Source: Rhina ancylostomus (taxonomy: Eukaryota). From it: 64,000 nt of DNA. Where the stretch lies: the NCBI GenBank assembly GCA_030265395.1, contig JARFYF010000084.1, positions 80,552,864 through 80,616,863 on the forward strand. Direction: 5' to 3'. The position numbers and the translations under genes were made by a program. The notes below the pieces were generated by a model. It was not told the DNA's origin, ran no database searches, and saw only the letters and a program-made list of their open reading frames with translations. Below are positions 40,544 through 55,313 of this stretch, one piece after another. The first letter of the stretch is position 1, and each line of letters opens with the position of its first letter.

Positions 40544-43500
40544 TAGCTGTTTAAAGTTAAGATCCTTATCAGTGAAATACATCTTACATCCTAGTTTCAC
40601 ATAAAATCTTAACTAAAAAAGGTACCAAGATCATTAATTACAATTGGTCAAGTGACTTTCATCAAATGGTTTTCATCAATCTTAGCAATTGCCACCATTC
40701 GTAGAAAGCACACAGAGGAATGAAAGACTCAGGTGAATGTGGGCTTCTGGAACCCAAGGTCCAACCAAGCTCCCCATGAATGGTTTAGAAAAATGGAGAG
40801 TTTAATACCCATCCAAGAGACAGTGCCTGAACACTGACCCTGAGACAGTAGATTGAATTTAAGCAAACAAGTAGCAATTCTCACTGCAAAAGACATTCTC
40901 CTTCTACGCCTTACTAAGCTCAGAACTTGGCTTGTGAAGATTCTAGCTATAGTGTAGCAGAGAGCAACCAAAACTATTCAATTCCTGACCTGTAGCTGGA
41001 GGATTTTAAATGTTTTTGTTAGATGGTCCCATGAATTTATGGTGACATTTGGGGCAGCAGTAATCCTGGCAGTTACAGTACTTCATGGTGACACACTAGA
41101 TATAGCCAATTTTTAAATACATTACAGGGACATTCAGTCATTTTTATGTGGATGAGCAACAATTTTCCCTGGTCTGCAGTTCATGATTTAGGCTCTCGAA
41201 GGCAGAATGTAGCCATTCACTACTTCTCTCCCAAGAAACAATGTCCCAGGGGTTCTTTCACTATAGCTTAAGAGTCCATGACTCACATTCATCCTTTTTA
41301 GCATCTCCAAGTTCATTTAAAGATTGGCTGTAACTCAGCTTCACCACGGGGATGCTTCATTCATAGTGCTTTTACACTACAGTGTTAAGGCTATTACTGG
41401 CAACAGTCTAAACAATTTTTACAACAGAACCTTTACTATGCAATTGTGAAAGATAAAATTAACCAACTGGCTAAGTAACAACATATTAAACAATCAGTCA
41501 GGCCTCATTACAGAGCAGCTACACCAGCTTGTGGGTCTGTCTTGTTATACCAGAAAGCTTCATGAAATGGCACTAAAGCAGGGCCGAAGTCTACCTGGAA
41601 GGAGGTGGAGAACAAAGTTCTTCAGCTTTGGACCTTTTACCAGTAATCACACATCTAATTCACTCAACAAAGTGCAGATTTTCTTTTCCACAGTTAGTAA
41701 TTCAGAATGCGAATTTATTGCATTTAAAAAATCATATCTTCTGGTAAGGATTTACAGCTCAAGGACTTGACATTTATAGCCCAGCAAGTGCCTTGAACAT
41801 TTTTGGTCAGTGTACTTCTGGATCACATACAATCTGATTCTGGAATCTTGCGTTAGGAAAGCAAACTGCCTGGACAAAGTAGTGCAAACAAAAGGCCGCT
41901 TTTTAGTGGACAGAGGAGAAATCACTGAGGTGCCCATTGCATGCACACACAAAGCACTGCAAAGAGTGAGGCGACAGATCAGAGAGGGAAGCGTTATTGA
42001 AAAGTGTAAGGGCTTGATTTCCAACCATGCAGTGAGAGTACACAAAGTGACTGTCCAATTGGATTCTTACCAGGGCTTCATAATCTTCTGTAGTTTCTGA
42101 TACCGTCTGCAAAAATTTAAAAACTTTCACATATTACACAGTTCTCCAAAAATACAACTTACACAGACTGGCAATAGGTCAGCTTTGCACCTTGAATTTT
42201 TTTCCTCTGCTCTCTTTCAGAAAAGTTCACAAGCTGAAGAGATATTTTAAATACAACCCAAAATAGCTTTTAAAGCCAAGACAAAACTAGTATCCCCACT
42301 CAAAATAATTTCATTGGCTAACACTGATGGAGCAATACAAAGGGTTTCCAAACCTCAGCAAAAAGCCTTGAGTGAGTAACATGTGCAGAGAGAAATGTAA
42401 ACATTATTTGATTAGCCCCACTCCATCCCAAGCTTGGGGAATTTGGGAGAATGAGTAAAAAAAAATTCACAATTACGGTGTACAAAATTCCATTATACTC
42501 TCCAAACAAAAATAAACAAGGGCTGTAAAGGCAAATCCTATAGCATGGGAGAAGATTACATGGCCCATGATGACTCTTCCCATTTGCTATCCAGTTAGTC
42601 CCATTTCCCTGTTCCTTCCCCATAAAATCTGCACCTATTCCTATTAAGGCATTTATTCTTTCTGAAGTTGCTTCATCAAGTCTTGTATGCCGTGCATTCA
42701 GGTTCATTTCAACACACTGCAGAAAATAATTCTCATTTCCCTTCTGGCTTCTATTGACAAAATTAATTACCGACAACGCCTGCTTGCAAAAGAGTTTCTC
42801 TCTACTTAGTCTATCAATACTTACACTCTACTTAAACAACGTCCTATTCTGTCTCCCTCCTCGAAGAGTTCTGTCAAGAATATAAAAGCAACTGACTTTT
42901 GACAAAATTTTTGCTGCAAGCACAAGTGAAATGGCAGGCAAAAAGTTTTCCAGAAGACCTCTGCTGATAGCAGAGGCTAGAATGCAGCTTGCAGTATGTC
43001 AGGCAGACTCACAGCACTTCCAACACCCAGTGGTTAGCATGTGAAATCCATAGAAATTATCAAGGAACTGCTATTGGCACATCCGGTTGTATCTGTGCCA
43101 GCTCCCATTAGGCCAATCCCATTCCTCTGCAAACTATTTTCCCTCATGCTGAAACAATTCCCTCCTAAAAGCCCGCATTAATTCTTACAAGTACCAAGTT
43201 CCACATTATCACCACTTTCTGCATAAAAATGGTTTTCTTTCACTTTGCCCTTGTAGCTGTTGCCTTTTAAATCTGTACCCTTTGGTTCTTGAACCATCAC
43301 TAATGGGAACAGCTTCGCTCTACTTAGCCCATCTAACCCTCCATTTACTGCATCTACACCTTGAACATCCCTAGTCTCCAGATTTCCAAGAGATGCTGAA
43401 TGTGCCTTAGAAAATGCCACTGTGTAGAAACAATGGAAGATTCCAACCACTGTGTCACATTCTCAATACTATTAACCTCACATGGAATGGCATTGAAATT

Positions 43501-46500
43501 TATGGAATAGAAATAGACCATTTCTGTGTACGCTCCACGCAGATCTTCTCACCTTCTTCTTTATCTCACCCTGCCAGCATGTCTTCCTAATATTTTCTCC
43601 TGCTGTTTTATCCAGCTTCCTCTTAATGGCCTTAATGTGGTTTGCCTCAAATAATCTACATGGTATCATCTGCTTGGCCTCTTCCACTACCATCAATTCA
43701 ATGACACCCCCTCCCACACCAACCAATCCGCATGACCTTAGCATCTTTTTCATTCCACCACCCAATAAATCGAGCCACCACAATCCTTTCTCAGAAACTT
43801 CCCCAGCCCACAATCCTCTCTCCATCCTTCTGTGTTGTAGTTTCTGATCCGCAACCTTCTCATATCATCATCTGTTCAACTATTCCTCAATTTTCCCCAT
43901 CATGGAATTCATTCCCCAATTACCCTCTGCCACAATTTCCACCATGTCTGGCAACCATCGGTGATGGAAAACTTTGGAAAACTGATGGCAAACAAAGACA
44001 TGGGCATCATTCATGATAGAATATCAGAGCCTCCTCTTGAGTAAGACAATGCAAGAACTGGCCAAATATGCCCACAGTTGGTCATGACTCACATCTAATT
44101 AACCACACTTTCAGCATGGTTCCTCAATTCGCAGCAGAGCCAATTTAGCAAATAAGAAAGTTTTCTTGGGGTCAGGATAAAATTACAAATTTCCTCTCCA
44201 TGCATTCACAGTTATAAAATTCATTCCATATTATTTTATACCATTGCAAATACTTGTGTTCTAAGCTGATCACAGAATGACAATAATAGAAGCAATTTAA
44301 AAGTTTAGGTTGCAAAATATTCTGCCTTTTTGACAAACATGTGTTATGTAACAGTAATTATAAGGCAGTATGTACAAAGTACAATGGTGAGTGACAAGTG
44401 GAGAATAACAAACTGCTCCTGTAAAGAGCATGCAGAAAAAATAAAGCTCTATTGGTGAGTTGTTTTCTTTAGGTTATTCCATTTCTTTACATCAACATTA
44501 CTGCTTTTAATTTGAAAGTTCGACTTGGTCAACTTTACAACTGGCTGAACATTTTCTGGTTCTTCCAACACATGGCCTTTTCATTCACATTTATATCTGC
44601 AAATTTTGATCTCCCATAAAGAAAATCACTCTTACAGAAACTCTGCACATGCATTTTTTTCAATTTAGATTTCTAGATCTGTAGTAGAACCAGAGCTCCA
44701 TCTTTTATTTTTGAGGCATTTATTGGGAAAATAAATATTTTCCTTTGAATGAATAAAAATATTTTACTTGCTTCTAACTTTTAAACTTTCATCTTTGAGA
44801 GCAAAATCATTGAAAGAGTCAAGGCTGCTTTCATTAAAAAACAATGAAGTGCAGGGAAAGTTCCAATGGATTCTACAAAAGTTCTAATTTTGCAGAATCA
44901 TTTACACCCTTCATAATAGTTTTTCAGAGGCATTTAAAACATGTAAATGATAGTCCCAGGTTTGAAGGTGACAAGCCTCCAAATCATATTTGCTTCCTGT
45001 TAAAGGTTGTCAAGGCATTCTGGACACTCAGCTTCTGCACCGCACTGCTAAAACATCCTTGCTAAAAGGGTTTTGTGACTCCCTGCTGAATACCTCATGG
45101 GTGCAGAGGGTCACTGAAGGTAACAGGTAACCAAAGACTATGTTAAATATTATGTTTTAAAGAACACTTTAAAGAAGAAATGCTATGTTGAAAGCAGATG
45201 ATTCCATAAAAGGAATTCTGATGTTTGCTTGTAGCAAGTGGTAAGGGTAGAATTATAGCAAAGCAGAAATGCTGGTGGTTTGTAAGATGTGATCAATCCA
45301 GGGAGCTAGGAAATGGCAAGGAATTTAGACCTAAGTGGCAAGGAATTTAGAGGCAAGGACTATAAATTTGCAGCATTGTCGGATGGCCAGTGTGGATCAT
45401 TGAGCAGAGAATGGAATTTAGTGCAAGTTCAAATATATGCACCAGAACTGTGGTCTTCAGGCTGCTACAAGGGAGCTCTGTAATAGCAGCCAAGCAACAG
45501 TGTACTTTTAATTGATGTCCTTTACAGATGAATGATTTAATTGATCATCTTAAGTTTAATAAGAAGAGCAGTGAGATGTGGCAATCTTTTTTTGGCATTG
45601 TTTACTTTGGCAAAGTCCAAAGTGAAACAGCTGGCACCCACACTCCTTTTAAAGTATCCTCAGAATACTCAGGTGTGTTCAGATGTGGAGATCACAATCT
45701 CTCACGATTCAATTCATTTGTAATATCGATCAGAGTATTTCAACATTGTATTGGATCTTGACCATACATAAATAATTTATATTAGCTGTCCATGCCTGAA
45801 ACACCTCCACTGATAGATTGTCCTTTTTTATAATGCATTTTTGCCTGCTAGAGTTGAATGAACAGGCCCAACACCTGTTCTATTATTAATTTTACACATT
45901 TACCAAGACATCTCAAAACAGTCATTGGGCATCTAATTTACATAAATAAACAGCTTAGCAGATGTTTAAAGTGGTAGCCAAGGATGTCTAAAAAATTGCT
46001 TAAACAAATTTCAGATCAGATTTCCTTGCAGGACAATATGTTGATCTTCAGAACAGGGACCCATCATTCTCATGTTTTATCCCACAGGACAAGTGCAAAG
46101 AGGTCTAATTTATACACTAATAATTTCTATTAATACTTAGGACTAAGGTGGAAACAGCCTTTGCTTGCTGGGTGATAAATGAGTGTTGTCTTCAGCTGCA
46201 TTCAAGTTCTTTGATCTGCAATTCAGCCAAGATGACGAAGCTCCTACCGAAGGCTAATCTGATTAAACCTGTTCAGAACAATGATTAATTGCGAGAGGCC
46301 TGAACAAATTGTGAATAGTTTCAATGCATCATTGTTTCTTTGCTTTATACTCAGCAGCCTGTTGATTTAAGAAATATGAGCTTAGACATTAGATTGAGTA
46401 GCACTGTTTTCCTCAGTGCTATGCAATCCATTTTAGATTTTACCCAGTGCAAATTGGGCAAACAAGTTTTTATTGCAATTGTGAAATTGTACTGATATTC

Positions 46501-46884
46501 TGGTCCTGATTCATGCCAACCTCTGATACAACCTCACAATTCACAACCCTACTTCATACCAATATAAATTGCAGCTCAACCTCCACACTACACCTGTTGT
46601 GTAATGTGAACAAGGAGCACCTTGGACTCATTTGTTGCTCGATTCACTATCTAAAGGGGCACTCTGCTGATGTCAGGAGTTCTAACTCAACAGCTTCAGG
46701 GCTGACTGCAGGCTGCTCAGACATCTTCCAAAATCCACACAGTGTGCTTAAACTAACAGTGAGTGCTTTCTCCAGCATCTAGCTGACAAGATTTGCATTT
46801 GCTGATTGCCTCAGTAGTTACAGTGCTGGCAGCAACTCACTACTGGCTTGGCTGGCCACTCAAGCTGGGTCAGGGCTCTGGGGG

Positions 46885-47580
46885 CCAGGAGACAGACATA
46901 CCCATCTGTGAAGCATCTGCTCCCAGGAAGTCTTCAGTGACGCCACATCCAACCAAGATTGCTGTAATGAGTAATCTCTTCACAGGCTCAGGTTTTAGAA
47001 GGTTGTGATCACTGAGATATGCAAAATGAGGTGGGCATGACCTTTGATCACACTTTCGGAACTCAACTGTTGTCTCTGTGGAAATTAAGGTAATTTGTCT
47101 CTGAAATTCCTCACTGTAGGATCATTCCAACTGGCCGTAACTGATCTCTGCCTTGCCTCTCATTTGCTGCTCCTCAGCACAGCATCAGAGAGGTTACCCT
47201 CAGTATTGACAAAGACATTTTGCTGCAGAGAGTGGCATCTTGGGCACAAGGATTTGCCAGCACTGCTTGTTTCTGACGAGTGCAGACTGATGTTGACTGC
47301 ATTCATGTGGCCATAATAACCCAGGCCTTGTCACAAACAAGTATGGTTTCCATTCCCTCAATGTGTAGCCTGTTGTGGCTCATTGCAAAACTTTCCACAT
47401 GGGGATTGCCATGTGCTTAGGAAGCACACATAACTCTTTCATATTCAAGACATTTGCAGTGTTGGATATTTTCAATGGCTATAGGCATGAATCCTGGGGA
47501 ACAAGGCTGCAGTTCATACCTATGAGTTGTGGAGAATTCATCATAGTGTACTGGATGCAGAACAATCCAGCCAACTGAAG
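46885..47580 (+). pseudogene. Harbinger (HARBI1-like) DDE transposase relic
   Basis: Motifs in correct order across frames: RRQTYP; HRLRF*KVVITEIC; LKFLTVGSFQLAVTDLC; DVDCIHVAI (DCTH-type Asp codon at 47295); NKYGFHSLNV*; LGSTHNSFIF; ILGNK (LLGD-like); FIIVYWMQNN (IIxxCCxLHN-like). Stops and frameshifts present. Confidence 0.8.
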
Positions 47581-49944
47581 ACAGCAGCTAATGCCAGAAA
47601 AAAGAGTAGCAAGGAGATCTGGAGTCCGAGGAACAGCCTGAAAATCTGCAGGAATAGGAGGATGCCTAAGACTACAGGAGAAGTCCTGGCTGATGATTGG
47701 GCAGACAATGTAGTCATGATCTGTTGGCACTCAGACCATTGCTTCAGCCTGCCCTGCTGATAGGCTTCAAGTCATAGTTGTCTAGTCCCTATTGTCCTCA
47801 CACTTCTCAGGTGATTCTCTGCACAACTTGAGCAAGGTTCCGCACGTGATGAAGAGGTTAGTGAATGGAAAGTGAGATGGCTGTGTTCTTACAGAAGATA
47901 AATGAGTTTCTATGTACCATATCTCTGTCTCTGTGTGTTCACTCATGACATCTCTCTGTTCATGCAGGACAACTGTCCACTAATGCGCAGCATCTCTCTG
48001 TAGAGAATGGCAAGCTATTCATGTGAAGCATCCCTCTGCTCCTAGATACAGGCCCTCCCAAGGTTATGAATGTCTAACTTATGGTCACCCATAGATATGA
48101 ATGATCTTCCATAAATCTTAAATTCAAATGTCCAACAAATGTAAATATGTTAATTCCTACAAACAGCAGAGCTGAATTCTTCTCTCTCTCCACTTTTACT
48201 AATTGCTCTTTCTTGTCAGTCAAACAAGAACCAGTCTTGAAAAGAAAATTGTGTACATGCAACCTCCCTGCAATAATCAAGCAACATTGTCTCTTAAGAG
48301 CATAGGCTGCTAGTTTCACAGCAGGAGGCCACTTAAGAGAGTTGCTTTTGAAATTGACAAGCAATCACTTCTATTGATACTTTTGAAACCATACCCTACT
48401 AAACAATGTAACATCCACTGATACTTCAAGGCCATTAAAACCAGCCATTGAGCATGGGATATCCTGACTGTGTACCATTGTAACTAGGCAGGGAAGACAA
48501 TAAACAAGTGTTCATGTTAACACCATTCATTAAATACTGCAAAGGTATGGTTACTGTATCAAGTGATGTTGTATATTTTCTGACTTTATGGATAATATCG
48601 ACTGATGGCTTTGTTAAAACAGAACCTGTTCTTAAACTGGGGAGGGCCTGTATCTGTGAGCTGCTTATGGGTTGCAATCTCTTGTCAACTGACAGCATGC
48701 TTCTGCAAATAAATATCATCTCACTACTCAATGAGAACCACAGTCTCTTCACAATGCAACCTTCCTGCTCAATGAGGACACAAAGCTGCTCTCTGGTAAT
48801 GCATCACTGTTTCTTTAAAGCTTCAAGGTGGTGCTGTGTGGCAGAGCCCAAACCACTAGCATAGAAGTGGAAAGATACAGTGTCACCTCCGTCTGTGCAT
48901 CTATATCAGCTGTCACCTGGGCCGTTGGGCACTGTGTGACACGATTGTTGCCAAGCCTTTGCAAAAAAGTGTGCATGGCATCCAGAGTGTGGAGCATGGT
49001 GCCCGGGCTCGGCACAACCTCATTGTCATCTCCTGCATTCAATTCAGTTAGTCTGAGAATACTACCACATCATCTCAACATACAGACACATCAACCTTGG
49101 CATGAGTGCATCTTAGTCATGGTCTGAATTATCTTGGGCTGTTAAAAACGTCCCCTCTGGTAACCTCCTGTACCAGAATTCCTATGCCTGGTTATGGACT
49201 GTAGCCTGTGAGCCCATGTATGCATACATTTTCTTGTGACCTGTAACCTACTCTGTTCCTCCCTTGAATTCACATCTCTGAGTGGGGTGTCAGGCATACA
49301 GACACTGTGATCTTCTTTATCATTATCATTTCTCCTCTTCCTTCAGTCTTCCCTCTTGCTCTGAATGATAGTGTTCAGTTGAGGAGGAAACAGCAGTCTT
49401 TCCTGATGCCCTACAAAGACATAATAGATGAGAAACTGCTGTTGTAAATTGCATCCAAAACACCACAGATGGCAATTTGGATGTTCATAGTAGATCAAAT
49501 GAAAGAGAACTTAGTAATCACATGAAATATCGTTGATGAGTTTGTAACATGCTTTGGGCCTTTGTGGTCTCTCTCTTCAAATGGAATAGGCTAATCTCCA
49601 CTGAACTCAAGAGTACCCTCCTTCCTTGTGAGTCAACCCCTTCCTATTCCTTACTGTCTTAGCCTAAATAGAGGAGGTGAAGGATATTGAGTGAATCTTT
49701 CATTATCCTTCCTTTGGATGCTTGCCTTCTGTGTGGTGAGTGGTGAGATCTAATGTCAATGGAGGGATGAGGGTGCAGGATGGTACAGGAGAGGATAGCT
49801 GTGCAGGAAGTGCAGATGGAATAACAGTTTGTGTGAGTACATATGTGAGTGTGTGTGTGAAAATGTGTATATTGGGAGGGGAGAGAATAAATTTATCTCT
49901 GCAAGAGAGTAGTATTTTAATGTTGTGCAGTTCACCTTTATATT

Positions 49945-50205
49945 TCTGCTGAGATCGTGAACTTTCCTTCAGCATTGCTCCATGGTACGATGATTTTCAA
50001 TCCAGAAAGAGAATATGCGAACCACTTCCTTCCAGGCTCTTCTAATAGAGACCAATGATAGCTCTCCTTCCCACCATCCCTTACCCCAAGCATACAAGAT
50101 CTCCATCCTGGAATTTATTTCTTGCACCAGGGCTTCAGAGGCGGATATGTGGCACATAACGATACATGACCGTGAAAGCCATAGTGCACTCTCCCTCTGC
50201 TCTTT
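49945..50205 (-). pseudogene. Myb/SANT-like DNA-binding protein relic (Harbinger second gene)
   Basis: ORF 49969..50286 and read-through: RESALW...SEALVQEINSRMEILY...IRRAWKEVV...HRTMEQC*RKVHDL, matching the LV.EV....LY...W.EV...RT..QC.KK..DL pattern. Confidence 0.7.
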
Positions 50206-53200
50206 TGGCTTTCTTTCCAAAATGGCAGCCATAATAATGTGTTGCTGTTTTATTGCTGCCATGGGCAGAGTGGAGGTGGGTTGCATACATTTAAAGGCTG
50301 GTGCCTAATATGCAGAAAAATATCATTAGCTGTGCTGAATTAAACTTGGGCTCTTTGGGAATTGTACAGGCTGTGTTTTAGTACCTACTTATGCATCTAA
50401 CCCAGCCTTACAGTGGTTCAGTCTCTTTCTGACTAATTTCATGATTTCTGAGGGGAACCCAATTTTGTACTAGTTCGAAGTGCAGTAATACTTTAATGCA
50501 CTAAAAATAGGTGAAATCAAATTCTGGGACTTTCCATTTAATTTCAGTTGTTTCTAAAGTTGATAGCTGGGCCTAGAAATTCCTTTGCACAACTCCAAAT
50601 CAAATAGTGCTGTGCATTTGAAAATTGGCTAAATCATGCTTATTTCCAGGTGTCTGTTCAGAAATTCCCTAGTAGCTTTATCCAGTATAAAATTCTCCCA
50701 AATGACATTTAAAGTAATGCAAAATACAAGATTTATCCCCGCCAAGACTTCACTGGTCTGGAAATAGCAGTTCTTAGTTACTCCTGGGAAAAAAAAGTTC
50801 TTACTAATCCCAATTCTTCTGAAGCTGTGATATTCAATGGGCCAATACTCAAACTGCATTCTTCGGCTTCACTGAAATTTGTGATCGCCCACTTTGATCA
50901 TTAACTTTGCTATTTAATGAACTTCCTCTGCATTGTCTCTCATCAATTCCACTTCAAGAGTTCTGCACACCTTCAATTAACTTCTGGCCTGTTACAGGTC
51001 TCATTGTACCATCATTTGAGGCAATGCCTTCAGCTGCTGAAACAATAATTCCTAATATTTCTTCCTAACTCTCTGAGACTGTTCCTTTAAAATTGTCTGT
51101 AAACTCTGCTGTTTTGACCAGGGTAGCCTGTCCTATTTCTCCTACGTTGTGTAGTATCACATTTTCTGTTACTCCTTCTATGAAGAATTTAGGATTTTTT
51201 TTACAATACTAAAAGCACGACATAAATGTAAATTGCTGTTATGTTCACATTAAGCTGATGTTACAGCAGTCAAATTTCAACTCTATCCTTGGTCATTTTG
51301 TATCAATCTTACCACCAACACTCTCCAAAACACCTCCTATAGATTATAATAATAAATATTACATAACCATAAACTGAAGGCAGGATAATGAATAGCTGGC
51401 AGAGTGCAGTAAATCAACAAATAGTCTACTTTTACGTCTTTATTTTGAATTAAAGAGGTAGCTGCTTCACTAAAGGCACTTCTATAGAACCATCTGATTA
51501 TGGATGACGTTTATTATGACTTCTACATCTGTAATATATTGGCTGCCTCTTTAAAGTTATCTCAAATTATTGCAAATGTACAAAGCACATTCTTCTCATT
51601 TCTTTTATCAAGGAAATGTGCAATTCTACATTCTTAACATACTGTTAAATGGGTCAAATAATTTTTGTCTTTTTAATTGTGTTATAATTGTTTTCACTGT
51701 GTGTTTCTTTGTCATTTTTGCTCCCACTTTGCCCCTGCTCTTCACACTCTACCTTCCTTCTTTCTTTCATCTTGATAGCTGTTTCTTACTATTTCTGTAC
51801 AGATTTTGCAATGACTATTTTGCATGTCTTGTTTCTGCAATGTTCTTTGATTGGTTATTCTCATGGATTCAATTATCCATAGGCAAAAGTACTGGACCAT
51901 ATTAATCTCTGTGATCTCAGGCTCCTTACACAGCTGTAATGTCATTTGCAGGCCAAAAGTTGAATTTGGAAATTAATTTTGGGCATCAAGTAAAGCTAAT
52001 GACAATGAAGTGCTTTCACACTTGATTATCCTGATAGTACATGTGTTTTTGGCATTGTTATTGTCAAGTTGTATTTTAGCCTATTAATTCTGGAAGTAAT
52101 ACATTATCACATAATTAGTATATTACCAAGTGAACAATAATTATGGGACTACTGGACTGAAATAAGACAAGTATTAATTTTCTTTCTCACTTGACCTATA
52201 CTTCTGTGTAATTATAATATGTTAAATGGTGTTCAAAATCTTGCTGTGTGAAAAAAGTGCCTAGCCACAAACCTGCCATGTGGATTCCAACAAACATTGA
52301 ATTCCCCCAATTTATAGAACAGTTGAAACCCATCACTGATTGAAAGGGATTTAAGGATTTGTAATCAATATTCAATTTAAAAAGATAAAACAACAGTGAA
52401 TATTACTCTGATTCTGCTCATGGTGATTTGGGTGATCCAAGAGAGGTCATCTTGACATATTTTTTAATGATATTGATTGCGATAAAGGAGCTGTTTATTT
52501 CCCCTCAAGATGATGTGTGGCAAGGTGCTNNNNNNNNNNGCTGCAAGACCAAGAAGTCACAGGTGCAGTAAAGATTTGCACACAGAGGTAAATGTCTGAA
52601 TAAAAAAATGTAGCAAAGCTTTTAAAAAATGATTAGGTTTGATAAACTTTGTTAAATAAATTTGCATAATCTGATGCAAGGATATCTGGACTGATATACA
52701 CAATAACCAATCTGAATATGTTTTCCTTATAAGATTTCTAACTGTCCTTGAAAGCAGACCAATGCAAGCCCATTGTAAATGATGTCCTGGAAGTATGCAG
52801 GTGATCAGTTACCAACACAATGCTAAGTCCCTTGTTAATGAAATGTCAGTATCTCACCCACCTCATCCTGTCATCTGAAAACCTAACGCAATTGAAAATT
52901 CCCTTATTTACTTTTTTATGCTAATGCATTATGTTTTTTGGAAAAAAAAATCAACTGGGTTATACTGTTAATATTTTTTCAGGGAATGAAATCTTTTAGC
53001 AATTGAAATAACTTAATACATTTAAGGACTCGATCTAAACTTTGGACTGGATTGGAATAGTCTCTTTAGTCCCCACAGATGACAACAGGAAGCTAGTTGT
53101 GACATTTGGTAAGAAGTATGAGGGCTGTCAAACTGGACAAGAGGTGTTCTTTGTCCATGCTTAGAGCAGAGAAAAAACCCATATGCAAATAAGGATCCTA

Positions 53201-53639
53201 ATTTCACAGCGAAAACAAAACTGCAGATGTTGGAAATCTGAAGTAACAGCAGAAAATGCTGGAAATATTTAACAGGTCAGATGGCATGAATTATGAAATT
53301 CTACTGAAANNNNNNNNNNNNNNNNNNNNNNNNNNNNNNNNNNNNNNNNNNNNNNNNNNNNNNNNNNNNNNNNNNNNNNNNNNNNNNNNNNNNNNNNNNN
53401 NNNNNNNNNCATAAAATGCATGTAGCAAGTGGATTTTATAATACATATTCATTTCAATAATATGTCCAGAATGTTAATCACTCAGATTATTTTTTATTCT
53501 TATGCAAATTAATTTAAAAAAATATTTGCATAGTCCTCTTCCCATAAGTCAATTGGTAAATGTACCCACATCTTCTCCCCAGTGCTACACTACTTAGTTT
53601 GAGGAAGTCCCAGATTCATTTCCTGAGCTATGAATGGAA

Positions 53640-54012
53640 GAGGCTTGCACTGATTTGGTGCCTTTCATGCCCCTTTTCAGATCACCTTAAATTGCTTTGC
53701 AGCAAATGCAGAAGCCAATTTGTGCATAGCAAGCTCCCACAAATGTGAGAATGATCCAGATAATCAGCTTCAGAAAAACACTGACTCAAAGTTTGGCATG
53801 GTCACTCAGGATTATTCCTCATGTTTCTTCAAAAACAGCCACGTCCGAAAAGAAAGGGCCTTGGCTATGTATCAGTGAAAGACGGCACCTCCGATCGTGC
53901 AACGATACCTCAGAACCGAACTGGATTTTTGTGTTTAAGTCACTAGAGAAAGGCCTGAACTGGGCTTAGAGCCTTCTGACTCAAAGGTGAGAATGTTACA
54001 GACTGAGAAGTG
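53640..54012 (-). mobile_element. Deu-SINE (SacSINE1-like), diverged
   Basis: ccttctgactcaaaggtgagaatgt (head, reversed), gaaagacggcacctccga, gcagaagccaatttgtgcatagcaagctcccacaaa. Confidence 0.65.
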
Positions 54013-55313
54013 GTGACACTATAATGAATCCTCTAGTAGGACACAGGGACCCCAAATTAAAAGTCAAGAGACAGCAGACTTGTTTTTACTCTTGATTAAC
54101 TTTTTGCAGAAGTGTCAGTGGATAGACCTTAGTGAGTACAAGAACATGTGTCGCTCTTGTTGCTGATCAGACCATAAATCCTCATTGACCAATTTGTCCT
54201 GAAGGATGGACACATGGGACAAGCATTAGTGAACTACAGGTATCAAGAATCCGTGCTTCTGTGGGAGCAGGGAAAAAAAATCATTTAATAAAATAGTACA
54301 CTGTGTACAAGTGAGAAATGTCCTCCACTCAAAAAGTAAACAGTTCAAAGATGCAGTACATTGAGAATCATGACAGCTTTATCATTAACTACCAGTTCCA
54401 CAGAATCATTGAGAGTTCTATTAATAATCAATCCCTGAATGGCCTTGCCTGGCTGGACACTAAGCAACAGATTCCAACAGATGGGACAACATGGCAAGGG
54501 TCCAGTGTAAATACTTCTCCAGCACCCACCACTTCCCCCACCCCACCACCACCAGACAAACAAACAGGCAGCGATACTGGAAAACCCAGATTACCCCTCT
54601 AGCCACCTGATCATCTTACTGTGTAATCTGAATGGATACCAAGAAGACATGGATTTGAATTTTTTTTATATATCAAGTAACATCATAAATGCAAGTTACA
54701 ATAAATAAAACAGTTTCAATCTAACCAGAGAGTAGTAGCATTTCAACTTAAACTATGTGATATGATTTCCGTCGAGGATACCAGCTGAACAGGAAGCCAC
54801 CTTGCTTTCTGTTCCTGTTTACAGTCCGGCTGCAACCTCTTGACAATGTTCACTGCAGGACCAGACAGCTGAGGAGTAATCCAGCTTAAAGCCCAACTTC
54901 CATCTTATTTTAGAATATTCTTGAGTTCTGAAAATATTATGAGGAATCTCTATTCCAAAGCTCACTGAGATTATTGAGTGATTTTAAACAAACATGAAAC
55001 TGGTAGTTTCTGTTCCAGCCATTTTGTAGCAATTAACCATGTAAAGAAGGTACATGACTAACATACTAACTCTTCAGCTGAAGCTAGCTGCTCTAATTCC
55101 ATTCCTTAACCTTTCTGAGCTCCCAGCATCTCTATCAATGAGCTGTATTCTATCATTCTACCAATCAAGTCACACAAGACTTGACATTCATAGAACCAAA
55201 AACACTCTGGAAAAGGAGCCAGAAGATTGCTCCATGAAAGTTAAATAGTGAGAGCCCCTTGGGCTCCAGGACCTCAACAACTTAACTCACGCTCCTTGTC
55301 TCCTTCTGTACAC

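Larger units (their letters stand above)
46430..50530. mobile_element. Decayed PIF/Harbinger DNA transposon with both genes (approximate ends)
   Basis: HARBI1-like transposase relic on + and Myb/SANT-like relic on -, convergent. Possible degenerate inverted ends: agtgcaaattggg (46446-46458) and cccaattttgtact (50458-50471). Confidence 0.75.

Noticed and set aside
42318-42776. 152 aa minus-strand ORF and the many other 60-140 aa ORFs in the track
   Set aside because: No recognisable domain or splice-consistent structure; many overlap decayed CR1, L2 or SINE sequence or are antisense shadows of them.
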